Shown here: in pieces, positions 1 through 11,437 of the stretch
Position numbering within the stretch: the stretch's first letter is position 1
How the letters are laid out: each line of letters starts with the position of its first letter
Source: Sarea resinae
Lineage: Eukaryota
Length of the DNA: 64,000 nt
Assembly: GCA_026026165.1 (NCBI GenBank)
Contig: JAPEUD010000059.1
Span: 1 to 64,000, forward strand
Direction: 5' to 3'
Position numbers and translations under genes: made by a program
The notes under the pieces: generated by a model
What the model saw: the letters and a program-made list of their open reading frames with translations, nothing else
The model's database searches: none
What the model was told of the DNA's origin: nothing

Positions 1-519
1 TCTAGAACCGTCTAGAAGTCTATAGAATCTCTTAGATATCTATAGAACTCTATGACATAAGGGTTACACAACTATCTCCTGACTTTCTTACAAAGCCTAT
101 GTCATTGTCAGCCTATTGCTTACAAATTGTTAGAATTATAACCTTAATTCTAGTCACTCTTAAGTATCTAGACTGTTATAGAATGTCACATGACAGTATA
201 GATACATCTAGAAGCTTCTATAGACCTATAGAAGCTAATAGAACTCTATAGAACCTTATAGAAGATTCTAGAAGATTCTATAGCTATGCTGACTAAGCAT
301 CACTATATGCTGACTAAGCATCACTATATGCTGACTAAGCATCACTATATGCTGACTAAGCATCTAGAACCTTCTAGAACTTTCTAGAATGTTCTAGAAC
401 TGTCTAGAAGTCTATAGAATCTCTTAAATATCTATAGAACTCTATGACATAAGGGTTACACAACTATCTCCTGACTTTCTTACAAAGCCTATGTCATTGT
501 CAGCCTATTGCTTACAAAT
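1..519 (+). repeat. 127-bp direct repeat (1-127 and 393-519)
   Basis: Direct alignment at offset 392; the two differences seen are transitions (ccg>ctg, tagat>taaat). Confidence 0.92.
285..364 (+). repeat. 21-bp tandem minisatellite TATGCTGACTAAGCATCACTA, about 3.8 copies
   Basis: Read directly; the copies are identical. Confidence 0.95.
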
Positions 520-990
520 CACTCATGTAATTAGTCATCACTAGAAGTTTCTAGTAAGTCAGTCAAGTCTATATATTGACTGCCTTACACCTCTATAGCT
601 AGAATCTCTAAGTTCACAATACACAATCATTCTTACTACACTTCTTTAGCACCTTCCTCTACTTATATCTTTGTGCTACCTTCTAACACAAATCACTCAT
701 GTAATTAGTCATCACTAGAAGTTTCTAGTAAGTTAGTTAAGTCTATATATTAACTGCCTTACACCTCTATAGCTAGAATCTCTAAGTTCAAAATACACAA
801 TCATTCTATACTATACTTCTTTAGCACCTTTCTCTACTTATATCTTTATGCTACCTTCTAACAATATCTATATAACAACTGTCTTATATCTTTATAGCTA
901 GAATCTCTAAGTTTATAATACACTATTATTCTATACTACCTATTACTTCTTTAGCACCTTTCTCTACTTATATCTTTATACTACCTTATA
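514..990 (+). repeat. ~175-bp tandem repeat: two full copies (514-687, 688-863) and a partial, more decayed third copy (~877-990)
   Basis: Direct alignment; C>T and G>A changes accumulate from copy 1 to copy 3. Confidence 0.9.
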
Positions 991-2366
991 ATAGTTTCTC
1001 TAGGCATTAAGGTTTCTATAGATGTTTAAATTTTAAGTAGTCTTAAATGTAGAGTAATATAGTAGGTATTAAGACTATTGTTACACTATCACACAATTTT
1101 ATGTATTATATATAGCAGCCTATTATAAGACAGTCTTAACTTACTTAAGTGCCTACTCTATATATCCTGACACTGTGTTGTTACAGTATCAATAGTATCT
1201 AACACCTTCTATAGGTGTTGAGACAGTGTTGTAACAGTGTTAAAACTAATAGTAGGTGTTGAGACCTAGTAGTAACTGTAACTATAGGTGGTGTTAACAC
1301 CTTCTATAGGTGTTGTAACAGTGTCAACACCTTCTATAGGTGTTAGAAACCTCTTGTAGGTGTTATAGTAGTAGTAAATATTTCTCAAAATTTTAAATAA
1401 GCTAATATGCACTGAGACGTTCAACGATTTTTGCAAATATTATGTAAGCTTATATAATCATGACTTTTTTCATCGAACGTCTTAGTGAATTTAGGTGGTT
1501 CTAAATCTTGATAAAATTTGAAAATCTCTATGTCAAAATAATATTATGGTTTTAGTAGGCTACCTAGTATATACTACTAGAGGGTTAGATTTTCTAACAA
1601 TTCATATAGCCTAGTTAGTGTAGCATCAATAAGTTGATTATGTAATGCTCCTAGGATCGATTCCTACTGTACTCAATTTACTTTTTTTCGCCTGATTTTT
1701 CTATAGGTGTTGAAAAGTCAAGTGATTTTAAGCAGTGTCAACACCTAGGAGGTGTTCAACACCTATAGGTGTTAGTAACTGTGTTGAAAATCAACACTAT
1801 TGTAGTACTGTCTCACAATTTCTATAGGTGTTGACACCTATAGTAGTAATGACATGGTTTCAACACAGTTTCAACACGGTTTCAAAATTACCTGATGTGG
1901 CACTAAGGTAGGTACAGATTATACTCTAAGGGCACTTAAGCGTATCTATTAGTATTTTACACACATAGATAACATAAAATTACTAGATATTTTGTTGATC
2001 CACCTGTTTTTCGCTAGGTGTTATAAGCTCAATGCTTTTAATAGAGACTACTAAGTAGGATTGTAAAAGGCAGTCTGCTTCGCTTAGGACAGGGCCTTCT
2101 TTAAGCTTCATGTTATGAGGACTCGCCAATGATTGTGGTATCAGGGACTTTAGTGACTGTTAATTCATGCTCTTTAGACATAGAGCGCGCCGGCAGAGGC
2201 CTAGGTGAGTCAAAGATTGTACGTCTACAAGTCTGCACGATCATGTATTCCGGTCTTCCCTGACTGGGGAACAGGCCCGTCGTACTCGATCTGAGCTTGA
2301 AGGAGAGATTTAAAGGGCCTCATATATTGTAATCTAGGTATATGTATCACCGATTCAGGAATACTC

Positions 2367-3399
2367 TCATTTCACTCTCGTAATCGTGAAGAGCAGCCTC
2401 CGGCTGTTCTCATCTTCAACAGTGCTCTTCTTCCCAATCATTCCGACAGTGTCCAACGTCCCGCTAACTTCCCACTTGGTGCTGGTTTCGCGACCAACTT
2501 CATCCCACATGCTTTGGAAAGTGCTTACATCGTGACGGAAACTGGTACTGCCCTCTGCAATCGCAGGCATCTCACTCGGCTTAGTACTACCGGACTGCCT
2601 GCCAACGATGATGCCATTCGCGCGCACTAGGCGCGCAATAATCTTCGCCACATGAAGTTGTTCAGCAAGTGGAAAAAGATGGAAGAAGGCGCTGCAGTGC
2701 ACTATATCCGCCTTTTTCTGCTCCAAACTCGTCCATGGCTCTCCTTGCTCCGCACCTCTGAAAATGTCCGCAACAAGGAATCTGGACTTCAATGTTTCTC
2801 GGTCCATAAACAGATCGTACCCTAGCTCCATCAGAGACGCCTCGATATCCAGACCGATGAGCTGCTCTGAGCGTACTCCGTCGGCCACTAGCTGTCGCAG
2901 ATCCTGCCCAAAGCAGCAACCGAGATCAATGTAGAGGTTCGAGGGATCTTGACTAAGGCGGTGTAGGATGCTGGAATACATCGGATGTGTGAGCAGCGTG
3001 AGGTTCAGAAAGCGATAGTGGCCAATGCAAGGGTAAGGGTTGGCAGCAAAGCCTTTCTCGCGCTGAATCGAGATGAGCTCATCAGTTCAAGAATATAGAA
3101 CGAAATGTACTATCAAGAGAAAGGAACAGCGGACCATTAAAACAAGTACAACGTTAGCAACAACGGCAGAAATCCACGGAAAGGCTTATCATGCCAGGCA
3201 ACATCCTGACAGCCTCAGGGTGCGATCGTAGGAAACTCGTCAGACATACAATCGCGTTGATATGTGGAACGACTCGCTCGGGTGGCACTTTTGAGTACGT
3301 CTCCAAAAGTGAGCGTATTGGAGCATTCACCTCACTAAGGTCTTCATCGTACCACTGTTTATTTCGCGCCGCATTGCTGATGTCGCGTGTAGCTGCCAT
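2367..3399 (-). CDS. Class I SAM-dependent methyltransferase of the fungal ausD/trt5-like family; exons 3399-3250 and 3062-2367
   Basis: Motifs PYPCIGHYRFL, YIDLGCCFGQDLRQL, LGYDLF and FFHLF. A GTATGT...TTCAG intron joins the two ORFs in frame. Confidence 0.88.
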
Positions 3400-4299
3400 G
3401 ATAGAGACTTGGGGTTTATGGCGCTCTAAGATGCCCGAAGAACGAGTTGTGTTATGTAGGTAACGTACCTAGGTAGGTATGTTGATGATATCTCTGTTAG
3501 CTAAAAGTGGCGTACCGATGTCGAGCCAGGACATTAAGGGTAAGGTAAGATATGCCTAGCTGCCAGCGCTAGGGCGGGGGGGAAAGGAAGAAGGGTTTGA
3601 GACTTCCAGGTTGTCTGAAGACTCCAATATACTATGTAGTAGGCTCTGTTAAAGAGGTCAGCCGTTTGATTCCTAAAGCATTATAGGAGGACATACCTCA
3701 TTACAAAAGGCTTAGAATCTCTCAGCGCTCTGTTATCTAATAGATATTAATAAAGCCTTATTTTTTTTCAAAGAAGCACCATTACCATAGAGCCTTTTTA
3801 GATAATATGTTACGAATATTTATAGACCCAGGGCGTCAATAGACTTTTCGGATCCCATCGTAGTCACTGAGCCCACGATTTGCTCATTTTGAAGCTGATC
3901 TGGCTTCAGAGTAATTGGAGCGCCAATTTGTGATTATTGGGTGTTCATTTATATACGAGAAAGCCTAGATTCGTTTGCCGTCTTCTGCTTCCATCTGCCT
4001 TCGCAGAGATAACGGTAAACTTCGTTCCGGGCAGGAAGTCACTGTTGTTGCTGTAGAGCACTGAGACTGCCGTGACTGTTGTTGGATCTCGGTCTTAACG
4101 AGCTTGGGCTCTCAGTTGGAAGGCTACTTACATATTGTTGAACCCCACAGGCATTATCACTATTTTACACCCCAGCGAACGATCCGGGACAGATGTGAGT
4201 TGGAGGAGCAACAGCTTAAATTAGATAAAAAGAGATCAAAAAAACGATGACTCAAAATAAGTTCATCTCACATAGAAGTAAATTAACGCCACACATTTA

Positions 4300-5793
4300 T
4301 CACTTCGAAGATGCCGTTTTAAGCCACGGATCATCAATTAATTCCTTCGCTGTACTACGATCTTTTGGTTGCCATTTGAGCATCCTGCGTACAAAATCAA
4401 GAAACAGCTTTTTCTCTTCACGACTCATACAGCTGATAGAATTTCCCAAGGTAAAGTTTATCGGAGTCTCTATAGCACGGTTGAGTTTCCCTACTTCACG
4501 AGTAAGATACTGGAACATAGAAATAGGACGACTCGTTCCATCCAACTTACCCTCCGAATTATAAAAATTAGATGCTCTTTTGCCTCGTGCAAGAAGCTCT
4601 TTTGGCGGCGGGCCTAAAAGAGCAGTGATATAGGCGAGATGAGACAGATCATCGTACTCGTTTTCCAAGGGATCAACAGCTTCAAAAAGTGGTTTGTTTT
4701 CTAACAAATCCCACAACTGTGGTAATGGTCAGCCTCAAAATGGTCGGCACAAAAACAGTATTGCAAAACAAACCATTACTCCTAAATTCCATACATCAGA
4801 GCTATATGTCCAGCCAGCATCAAGAATGACTTCTGGAGCACGATATGGTTCAACTTGAATGCAGCCATTGGGCAGACTATCTCCTTTAACAGAAAGCCCG
4901 AAGCCAGTGATGGAAATTATCCCGGTAAATGAACTCGGCCGGCCGTAATTGTTGCGAGACAAATACATCGTCCGATCGTCGTATATCTTTTGTGGAAGTG
5001 GATTCTCATATTCGTCGCGGGCATCTCTCTCTAATATTGATTTGTCTTCGAGCCTAACCATGATATTGTCGAGTTTGAGGTCTGGCATGGAGATGAGTTA
5101 ATCTCACTTCAAACCTGAAATTGATGATATAGTACGCTTACCAGAATGTATAATGTGGCAAACTCGATGAAGATAATCAAGACCATGAAGGAGCATCTGG
5201 ACCATTATTTTCAGAAGTTCTAAGGGAATAGTATTCCCTTCGAATCTGTCTTTCAAGATCCAGAGTGGTTCGCGTAAAGGCTCGAAAACGAGGCATATAT
5301 GATCGCTCGAAGGCCCTTTCAACGTAAAAGAGTCGGCCAGAACCCGCACGAAATGCCATCCTTCATGTCGCGGATCCGCTTTGGAAATATGCTGGGTGAT
5401 ATCCAATTCGCGTTCAGCTGTTCGTTTGTTCGCACGGTCTGCGGCGTTGATCTTTATCGCGACAAAACGGTCGGGTAACCATCGCCATCTGAGGCTAAAT
5501 CAACGACGAAGCTATAGGATTTTTTTGAACGGAAACACTAACTGAGAGAGATCTCTTGCTAGCCACACGGTCGAGCCGGTGCCGTAGCCAAGTTTGGTAG
5601 CGACTTGATATCGGCCGTTGAGGATCTCGCCCAGACGAGTCGGGTAGAAGCGTTTGGGATCATAATAAGGCGTCTGCTCCTCTTCTATTGGCTGGGCTTC
5701 ATCAAGAACACTCGCAACCGCCGTAGATAGCGGCCAGGGTCGAGACTGCAGCATCCTGAAAGGACTGATGACCCATTTTTGGGCTCGTAACAT
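4300..5793 (-). CDS. SRPK/Sky1-like Ser/Thr protein kinase of the expanded fungal subfamily; DFG reads GFG, so possibly inactive; about 5 exons
   Basis: [14 protein letters not shown] loop, [14 protein letters not shown], spliced [33 protein letters not shown] and [13 protein letters not shown]. Confidence 0.85.
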
Positions 5794-6730
5794 GATATAA
5801 GATGGTAAAGTGGTAATGTGAAGATAGCCTCTTCCATCCAGGAAAGTGAAAAGTATTCGGTCTGTTGGCTCTAATTTCAGACTCTCCAAACAGCAAGTAT
5901 ATATCCTGGTTATCGCTCAACTAGGGGAATTCATTGAGAAAACCACGTCGTGAATGTTGCACATTGGGCCACGGACGTTCCCCGTCATCCTGCCATACCG
6001 CAATAGATCCAAGGCTTCAGTCGTCGAAATTTTTCCATCAACTCTTCTGAGTAGAAACTCGGTTTTCAGATTGACTGAACGACTTTGGGCTGAGTCAAAG
6101 GCCTCGGGCTAGATGTATGTTCCCTACCTTCAATTTGGGGTGGATATTGGTTCAAGTATCTTAGATCAGCGCATGATATGCTTCGATCATTTTCCACTGC
6201 CGCTCGTGCTCTGCTTTAGTTTGTCTGGAAGGGCACAGATCCAGTTTCAAAGTATGAGACTAGAGTCAAGAACGACATTGTCAAGAACCCTAAACTCAAA
6301 GGCGTCGATGAAATCGAAATCGCGTAAGTACCTGACTAGTCGCTCTCAAGAACCCTTGCTAATGCCTCGCAATGGTAAGGAGCATAATTCACCGAAAGAC
6401 AAAGTGGATCGCGTGTTCAAAGGCGCTACTAGATTTACCTCTCTGCATGCGTACACTGAAGAAAGGTGATTTGATCGAAGGAATTCAAGAGTGCCCAAGA
6501 AAAGTGAAGTCGCTGAGGCCAATCTCGTGAATTCTAGATAAACAAGCAGTCGCTAGAGTTACTCAAGAGTAAAACATGAACCTACTGAACCTGTAGGGCG
6601 ACGAAAGTGTGTATCCTCCAGGGCTCATCAAGGTTGGAAGGGTATCAGATTTGGTTCTGTCTCCCTACTACTAGTGGCTCTGCTGTTTTCTGGACAGTCA
6701 CAAAATCAAAGGCTCTACCACTCTCATACC

Positions 6731-7408
6731 ATGCCCCGATCCGGCCCATTGCGGGTGACAAGGGCTGCCAGCAGACGAGCTAAAGCAGTATGTCCTCTTC
6801 TTCATCTTCCACCGGAAATCCGCTCGATCATCTTTCAATTCGTGCTCGTGGAGAGTGCACCGCTGCAGCCAAACGTTCGAGCGCTCTTTCGCCTTGCCGA
6901 GCGGTATGAGCAAACGCAAGAACGGCCTCCACCGGAAACCGTCCTTTCTCTTGCCCGGACGTGCGAGCAGTTCTTTTTCGAAGCGATCGACATCTACTAC
7001 GGCCTCAACCGGTTCGAATTCCGAAACAACTACGACCTGTACGTCTTCCTCTACATGATCGGCAGCGAATGCCGGTGTAGGATACACCACATCCGGACCT
7101 GGGTTCGCGGCTGCCAAGCAAAAGATGCCTTCGAACTTCTCGCGCAATGCACGTCTCTCAGGACTCTATCGTTGGTCGTCAACTACGAGACGTTGGAGGG
7201 CACTAAGCATCCACAGGAAGATCTATTGGCTGCTCGGGGCATGAAATCGCTGAGGAAAGTCAGAGGTTTAAGGAATCTGGAGATCGTTCACGACAAGACG
7301 CGGGGAGCGTGGTTCCGGGATGCGCATGTGCAAGAGGTCACAGATATTCTCAGATCTGAGCTGACATCACCAAGGACGGAGCAGGAGCATCCGACTGGTG
7401 AGATCTAG
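6731..7408 (+). CDS. Hypothetical protein with N-terminal F-box-like motif
   Basis: Intronless ORF from ATG 6731. The LLHLPPEIRSIIFQFVL motif followed by LARTCEQFFFEAIDIYYGLNRFEF is typical of fungal F-box-like orphan families. Confidence 0.72.
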   Translation: MPRSGPLRVTRAASRRAKAVCPLLHLPPEIRSIIFQFVLVESAPLQPNVRALFRLAERYEQTQERPPPETVLSLARTCEQFFFEAIDIYYGLNRFEFRNNYDLYVFLYMIGSECRCRIHHIRTWVRGCQAKDAFELLAQCTSLRTLSLVVNYETLEGTKHPQEDLLAARGMKSLRKVRGLRNLEIVHDKTRGAWFRDAHVQEVTDILRSELTSPRTEQEHPTGEI

Positions 7409-8486
7409 GCGGTGTTCATTTCACATGCAAAAGGATTTGTTGAACCTGATGGTTGACGGGGTCTGGCGACGCTTTGGGAAACAATTCAGGCGCACGAAGC
7501 GCTTTCGCAAGATTGACGATTGGCAACTGTTCGATGTGACCAGTCAATTCAACAGAGGGCATGTTGGATGTGTATCTTAGCGCCTGACTTTATCCTTTGA
7601 CATAAAACTACTAGGCTGCGGGCTCAAATGAAACGAATTTGTTTTCGTCCTCTGAAGCCTCTGTATGGCGGGCAACCCAATGCAATCGTTATCGTGGTAC
7701 ATGCAGTGGTTGCCGCGGAAACACGAAGATACGCGGATGACTGTAATTGGAAAACGCGCTTCCGTTTCCAGGGTTGGGATCTTTGCAGAGCGCTACTTCG
7801 AAGTACTACGTAGTACTCCGGGTACGAAGTACCTCCTACCTTACTAACAGGTAGCATGCGCGTGAGGCACCCACCTTAGCGATTGGGAATAAGTCGTGGT
7901 ATCTGCCGGCCCAGAAAGTAATGCTCTCAAACCTACTCCAGAGTAGAAAGTACTACATACGTACTTAAGTTACCTTAACAGACACTTTTATCTTCTAAGC
8001 TGGTGAATGGGCTGCCATAAGTACTTTATAGTATATTTATCTATCAGAGCGATAGCGCAGGGAGTACTATACAGTACTTCTCCCAGGCAGCCTCACCAGC
8101 TTTTAGGAGATAGATTTGTTCACCGCCCGCCCACTGTTGGCGAGAGAGCAATGCAATAGCCACTACATCGGATGAACGATGTATCTTGAGAAGAGAATGC
8201 GTTAGCAGATCATGGAAAATGTTGTCATGCTTGTTTGAGATAGCTGTTGACCGTTATCGATGATATTCTTCGAAGCTTATTTTTCGATTTGCGACTGACC
8301 ATAAATCCGAGCATTGAAACTGTCGCAATATCCGTGGCTTTGACCGGAAAGCCGAACATTGAAAGGATGATAACAGAATTTCCGATCGATAGAAATACAA
8401 AGTAGTAGGGAAGGATCTTCAGAAAACGCCAAAGTGAATATTGTATAAACCCCTTTTTCCTGCTGCGCCTCCGGAAAGCCCACACC

Positions 8487-11437
8487 TCATTGATTACCTG
8501 TGCCCATATCAAATATCATTAAAGGCCACGGCTGGCCCGGTGCTCCACTCATCGCAGAACCCCCAGAAACATTTTCTCCCGTGATACTGCCAGTCATATC
8601 TGCAACGGGTGCACCTCCTTGCGAAGCCTCTGACTGGTTGAGGTCTCTACCGCCGAGCTGCATTAAGGCACTGGCCGAGTTCAGATATTCTTGGGGCTCA
8701 AGATTGCCAGCCATAGTTCCAGTCCACTGGCGCCAGGACTGCGACCCTCCTGCTGCAGGATTGCTGGAATAATTGCCACTGCTATTGCCACCGTTCTGGA
8801 ATATGAAGGCATTCGCACTTGCTTGAGGCGTCGACGCCGCGTTCACGGGATTTTCCACAGCATTGGGATAAGGGCTTGATTCGAATGGATTAGGATTGGC
8901 TGGATAAGATGAAAGTGCAGAAGTAGACGGTTCTGGGTAGGAGTATTGTGTTGTAGCCGGATACGGAGTCTGAGCTTGATTGATACTGGCATCATCTGCC
9001 GGAAGAAAACTACCACTTCTTGAAGCATTGTTCATTGAGCTGTCAGAGTGGTTGTTGGGGCTCTGAAAGGGGGCTGAGAAATTTCCTTGGTTTACGTATC
9101 CAGTATTGATACTTTGCGGCGGCCCTTGATTAGGTGAGTGAGAAGGAGAGCGGTCAAGGTTTGCAGATGCAACCGCTGCGGAAGCTGTCTTAGTGGCTAG
9201 GTTGCGCGAAAGCATGCCAACGGTACCATCAATCACGATCCGTACGGCATCTTGCAGTCGCTTGCCGGAACCTACGAAACAGTAAGCCTTGTTTACTGAC
9301 ATGAGAGAGTATTGCAACTTACCTAAAAGACCTCCAACATCGCCCATGATATCAAGCCACTGGCCCATTTCAGCCCTCAAGCTTGACAAACCTGCAGCAG
9401 TAATCTGATCCCGCCTTTCCCAATGTCCAAACAAGCTGCTTGTAATGGCCATCAGATAGACTGCACCATTGTACCAAGTGGTGTCCAAGCTTTTGTATTT
9501 CCGTAGCTGTTGGACACTGTGTAGCATGGCTTGTGCACACTCAAGACAAACGTCAAGATTCTCGTTGTTGAATTCAGGAGACATCGTAAGAGAAAGTGCA
9601 GGGTGATGGAGCAGAAGACGGAACTCCAACGCCCATGTCTCAATGTACACAGCGAAGACTCGCTCTTCCTGCTTTTCAGAGCCGGATTCCTGAATCAACT
9701 CCAAAGGAAGTTGCTCGCGCCACTTTTGCAACTTCGTCTCAAGACGTCGGACGGTCTCGATATACGTCTGTGGAGACCTCTTAACAGCATAGATATTAGA
9801 GTAAAGTTCCATGAACAGCGGATGAAGTTTGAAAGCCTCGATTCCGACTCTGAATGCACATTTACCCTCTCTCGAAGTGTCGATGCCGGCCTCTGAGAGG
9901 AGTTCGTCGTCCACGGCTTCTGGAAGCTCAACGTCGAAGTCTTCGGCTCGTAGAGCCATTGGTCTTCCGAGTTTGCCGCTGATGGTAACATGGATAAGAA
10001 GTATGCTCCAGAATACGCGCTTTCGCATTTCAATTTCGAGAATATTTCTTACGGGATTAGTCTGTGCCCAGCGTTTGGATGACCTATGGAGACCTAGTTC
10101 GATAGCCAGTGTCAATGTCATGTTGGTGACTACCCAGCTTGCCCCGGGCTTTGGAAAATTCCGAAGATGAGCGCATAGGAGGGCGAGTGCCTGAACGTCC
10201 TGCAGACTATGGTTCGCTATCAATTGATAGAAAAACCCGAGAGCGTAGTGATAGTGCTGGTTCGACCTATAATGCAAATCGGACTGCTGAGAAGAGTCCT
10301 CCCAGTTACGAGACGCATACTGGAAGAACATGATAGCAAACATCATATGAACCATGACTAGCTCCGCTGGAGAGGGCCTAAAATCCGGGTCATCGTAGAT
10401 TCGTGCAAGCTGAAAGAGACATAAGGATTAGCTAGGGTTTTGTGCGAAAAGGAAAAATAACTAACCAATGCCATGAATGTTGGCTTGTGTAGCACGGGAA
10501 GATACGAGTTCATAACTCTGAAATACCAGTCCGCGTAGGTGATGCCCTCAATCTTTGATGGCAGATCAACCTTTTCAATCCTCTGGTTCACATTCAACGC
10601 CGATTGAAGAAAACTCTGATAGGATTTGTTATAGAGGTCGGGTTGGAAAACAGAAGGGTCTGGTTCATCCACGTCACTTGACGAGAAATCTGCAAGGTCG
10701 ATTTCCATCCCTAGCACAGAGAGCGCAGTGCCACGAATTGGGCTGAGGAATGAATTGCCCGAAGAGACACCAAGGTAGTTGTCTCCATTACAACCAGCAC
10801 GAAAGACTGGAAGAGCCCGAAAAAGGTTCGTCTCTTGACTTCGCTGATTGGTGGCTCCCGGAGCTTGGGCGTTGTAATTGACCATGTTGCCATTTGACGC
10901 AGGGCCAGGTGTTCCTCCAGCGGTCCAGATTGGAGCGTTGTTGTTCGCATTTGAATGATTCCAGTCCAACGTGGGGTTAGCAGTAGGCTCATGAAATACA
11001 TTGCTGGGCTTAATTTCGACTCCCATGGAGATGAGACGTCCTTCTAGATCCCGCACACGTATCTCCATATCCCGACATCGTTGCTCGAGATTTTCGACAT
11101 AGCCTCTGGAAGTGGCTCGGCCAGTGATCCGGTCTGTTGTTCGACATTCCGTATTGTTTTGCAAGCATGGGGAACATCCACCGGGCAGTCCATCACAACG
11201 AATCTTGCGAACCTTCACTCAAATTAATCACGTTAGCTGCTTGTCGGAACCAGATGAACTTCTCAGAGGTATTCCTACCTTGCATCTATCGCAAGCCTGA
11301 CCTGTTCGCGTCGAGGTCTGAAGCTTCTTCTTGACGGAATTCGAGAAATCATCAGGACCGAAGTGCTCAGTCTTGGCCGACTTACTGCTCGATGGCGTAC
11401 CTGCGGCAGGGTCCGTGGAGGGGCGTTTGGGTGGCAT
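8487..11437 (-). CDS. Zn(II)2Cys6 transcription factor with fungal-specific TF domain; multi-exon
   Basis: Spliced ACDRCKVRKIRCDGLPGGCSPCLQNNTEC zinc cluster. Middle homology region AIELGLHR, EMRKRVFWS and KLGRPM. Confidence 0.92.

Larger units (their letters stand above)
1..2200. mobile_element. AT-rich, RIP-degenerated repeat block, probably relic transposable element DNA; runs off the left edge of the window
   Basis: Very AT- and TpA-rich, with no ORF in the supplied track. Internal repeat copies differ mostly by C>T or G>A transitions (gtcagtcaag vs gttagttaag; ttgact vs ttaact; tgtgct vs tatgct). The element family cannot be identified. Confidence 0.8.

Noticed and set aside
285..364. 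CRISPR-like array or telomeric repeat
   Set aside because: The units are directly adjacent with no unique spacers, the context is eukaryotic, and there is no (TTAGGG)n array.
3063..3249. Possible stwintron in the 187-nt methyltransferase intron (internal GCTAAC and TAG/GTACAT)
   Set aside because: The branch-to-AG distance is about 40 nt, and the flanking bases do not rebuild a donor or acceptor after an internal excision.
6113..6469. 118-aa ORF between the kinase and the F-box-like gene
   Set aside because: No recognisable domain. It may be a decayed gene fragment, but this cannot be supported from the sequence alone.
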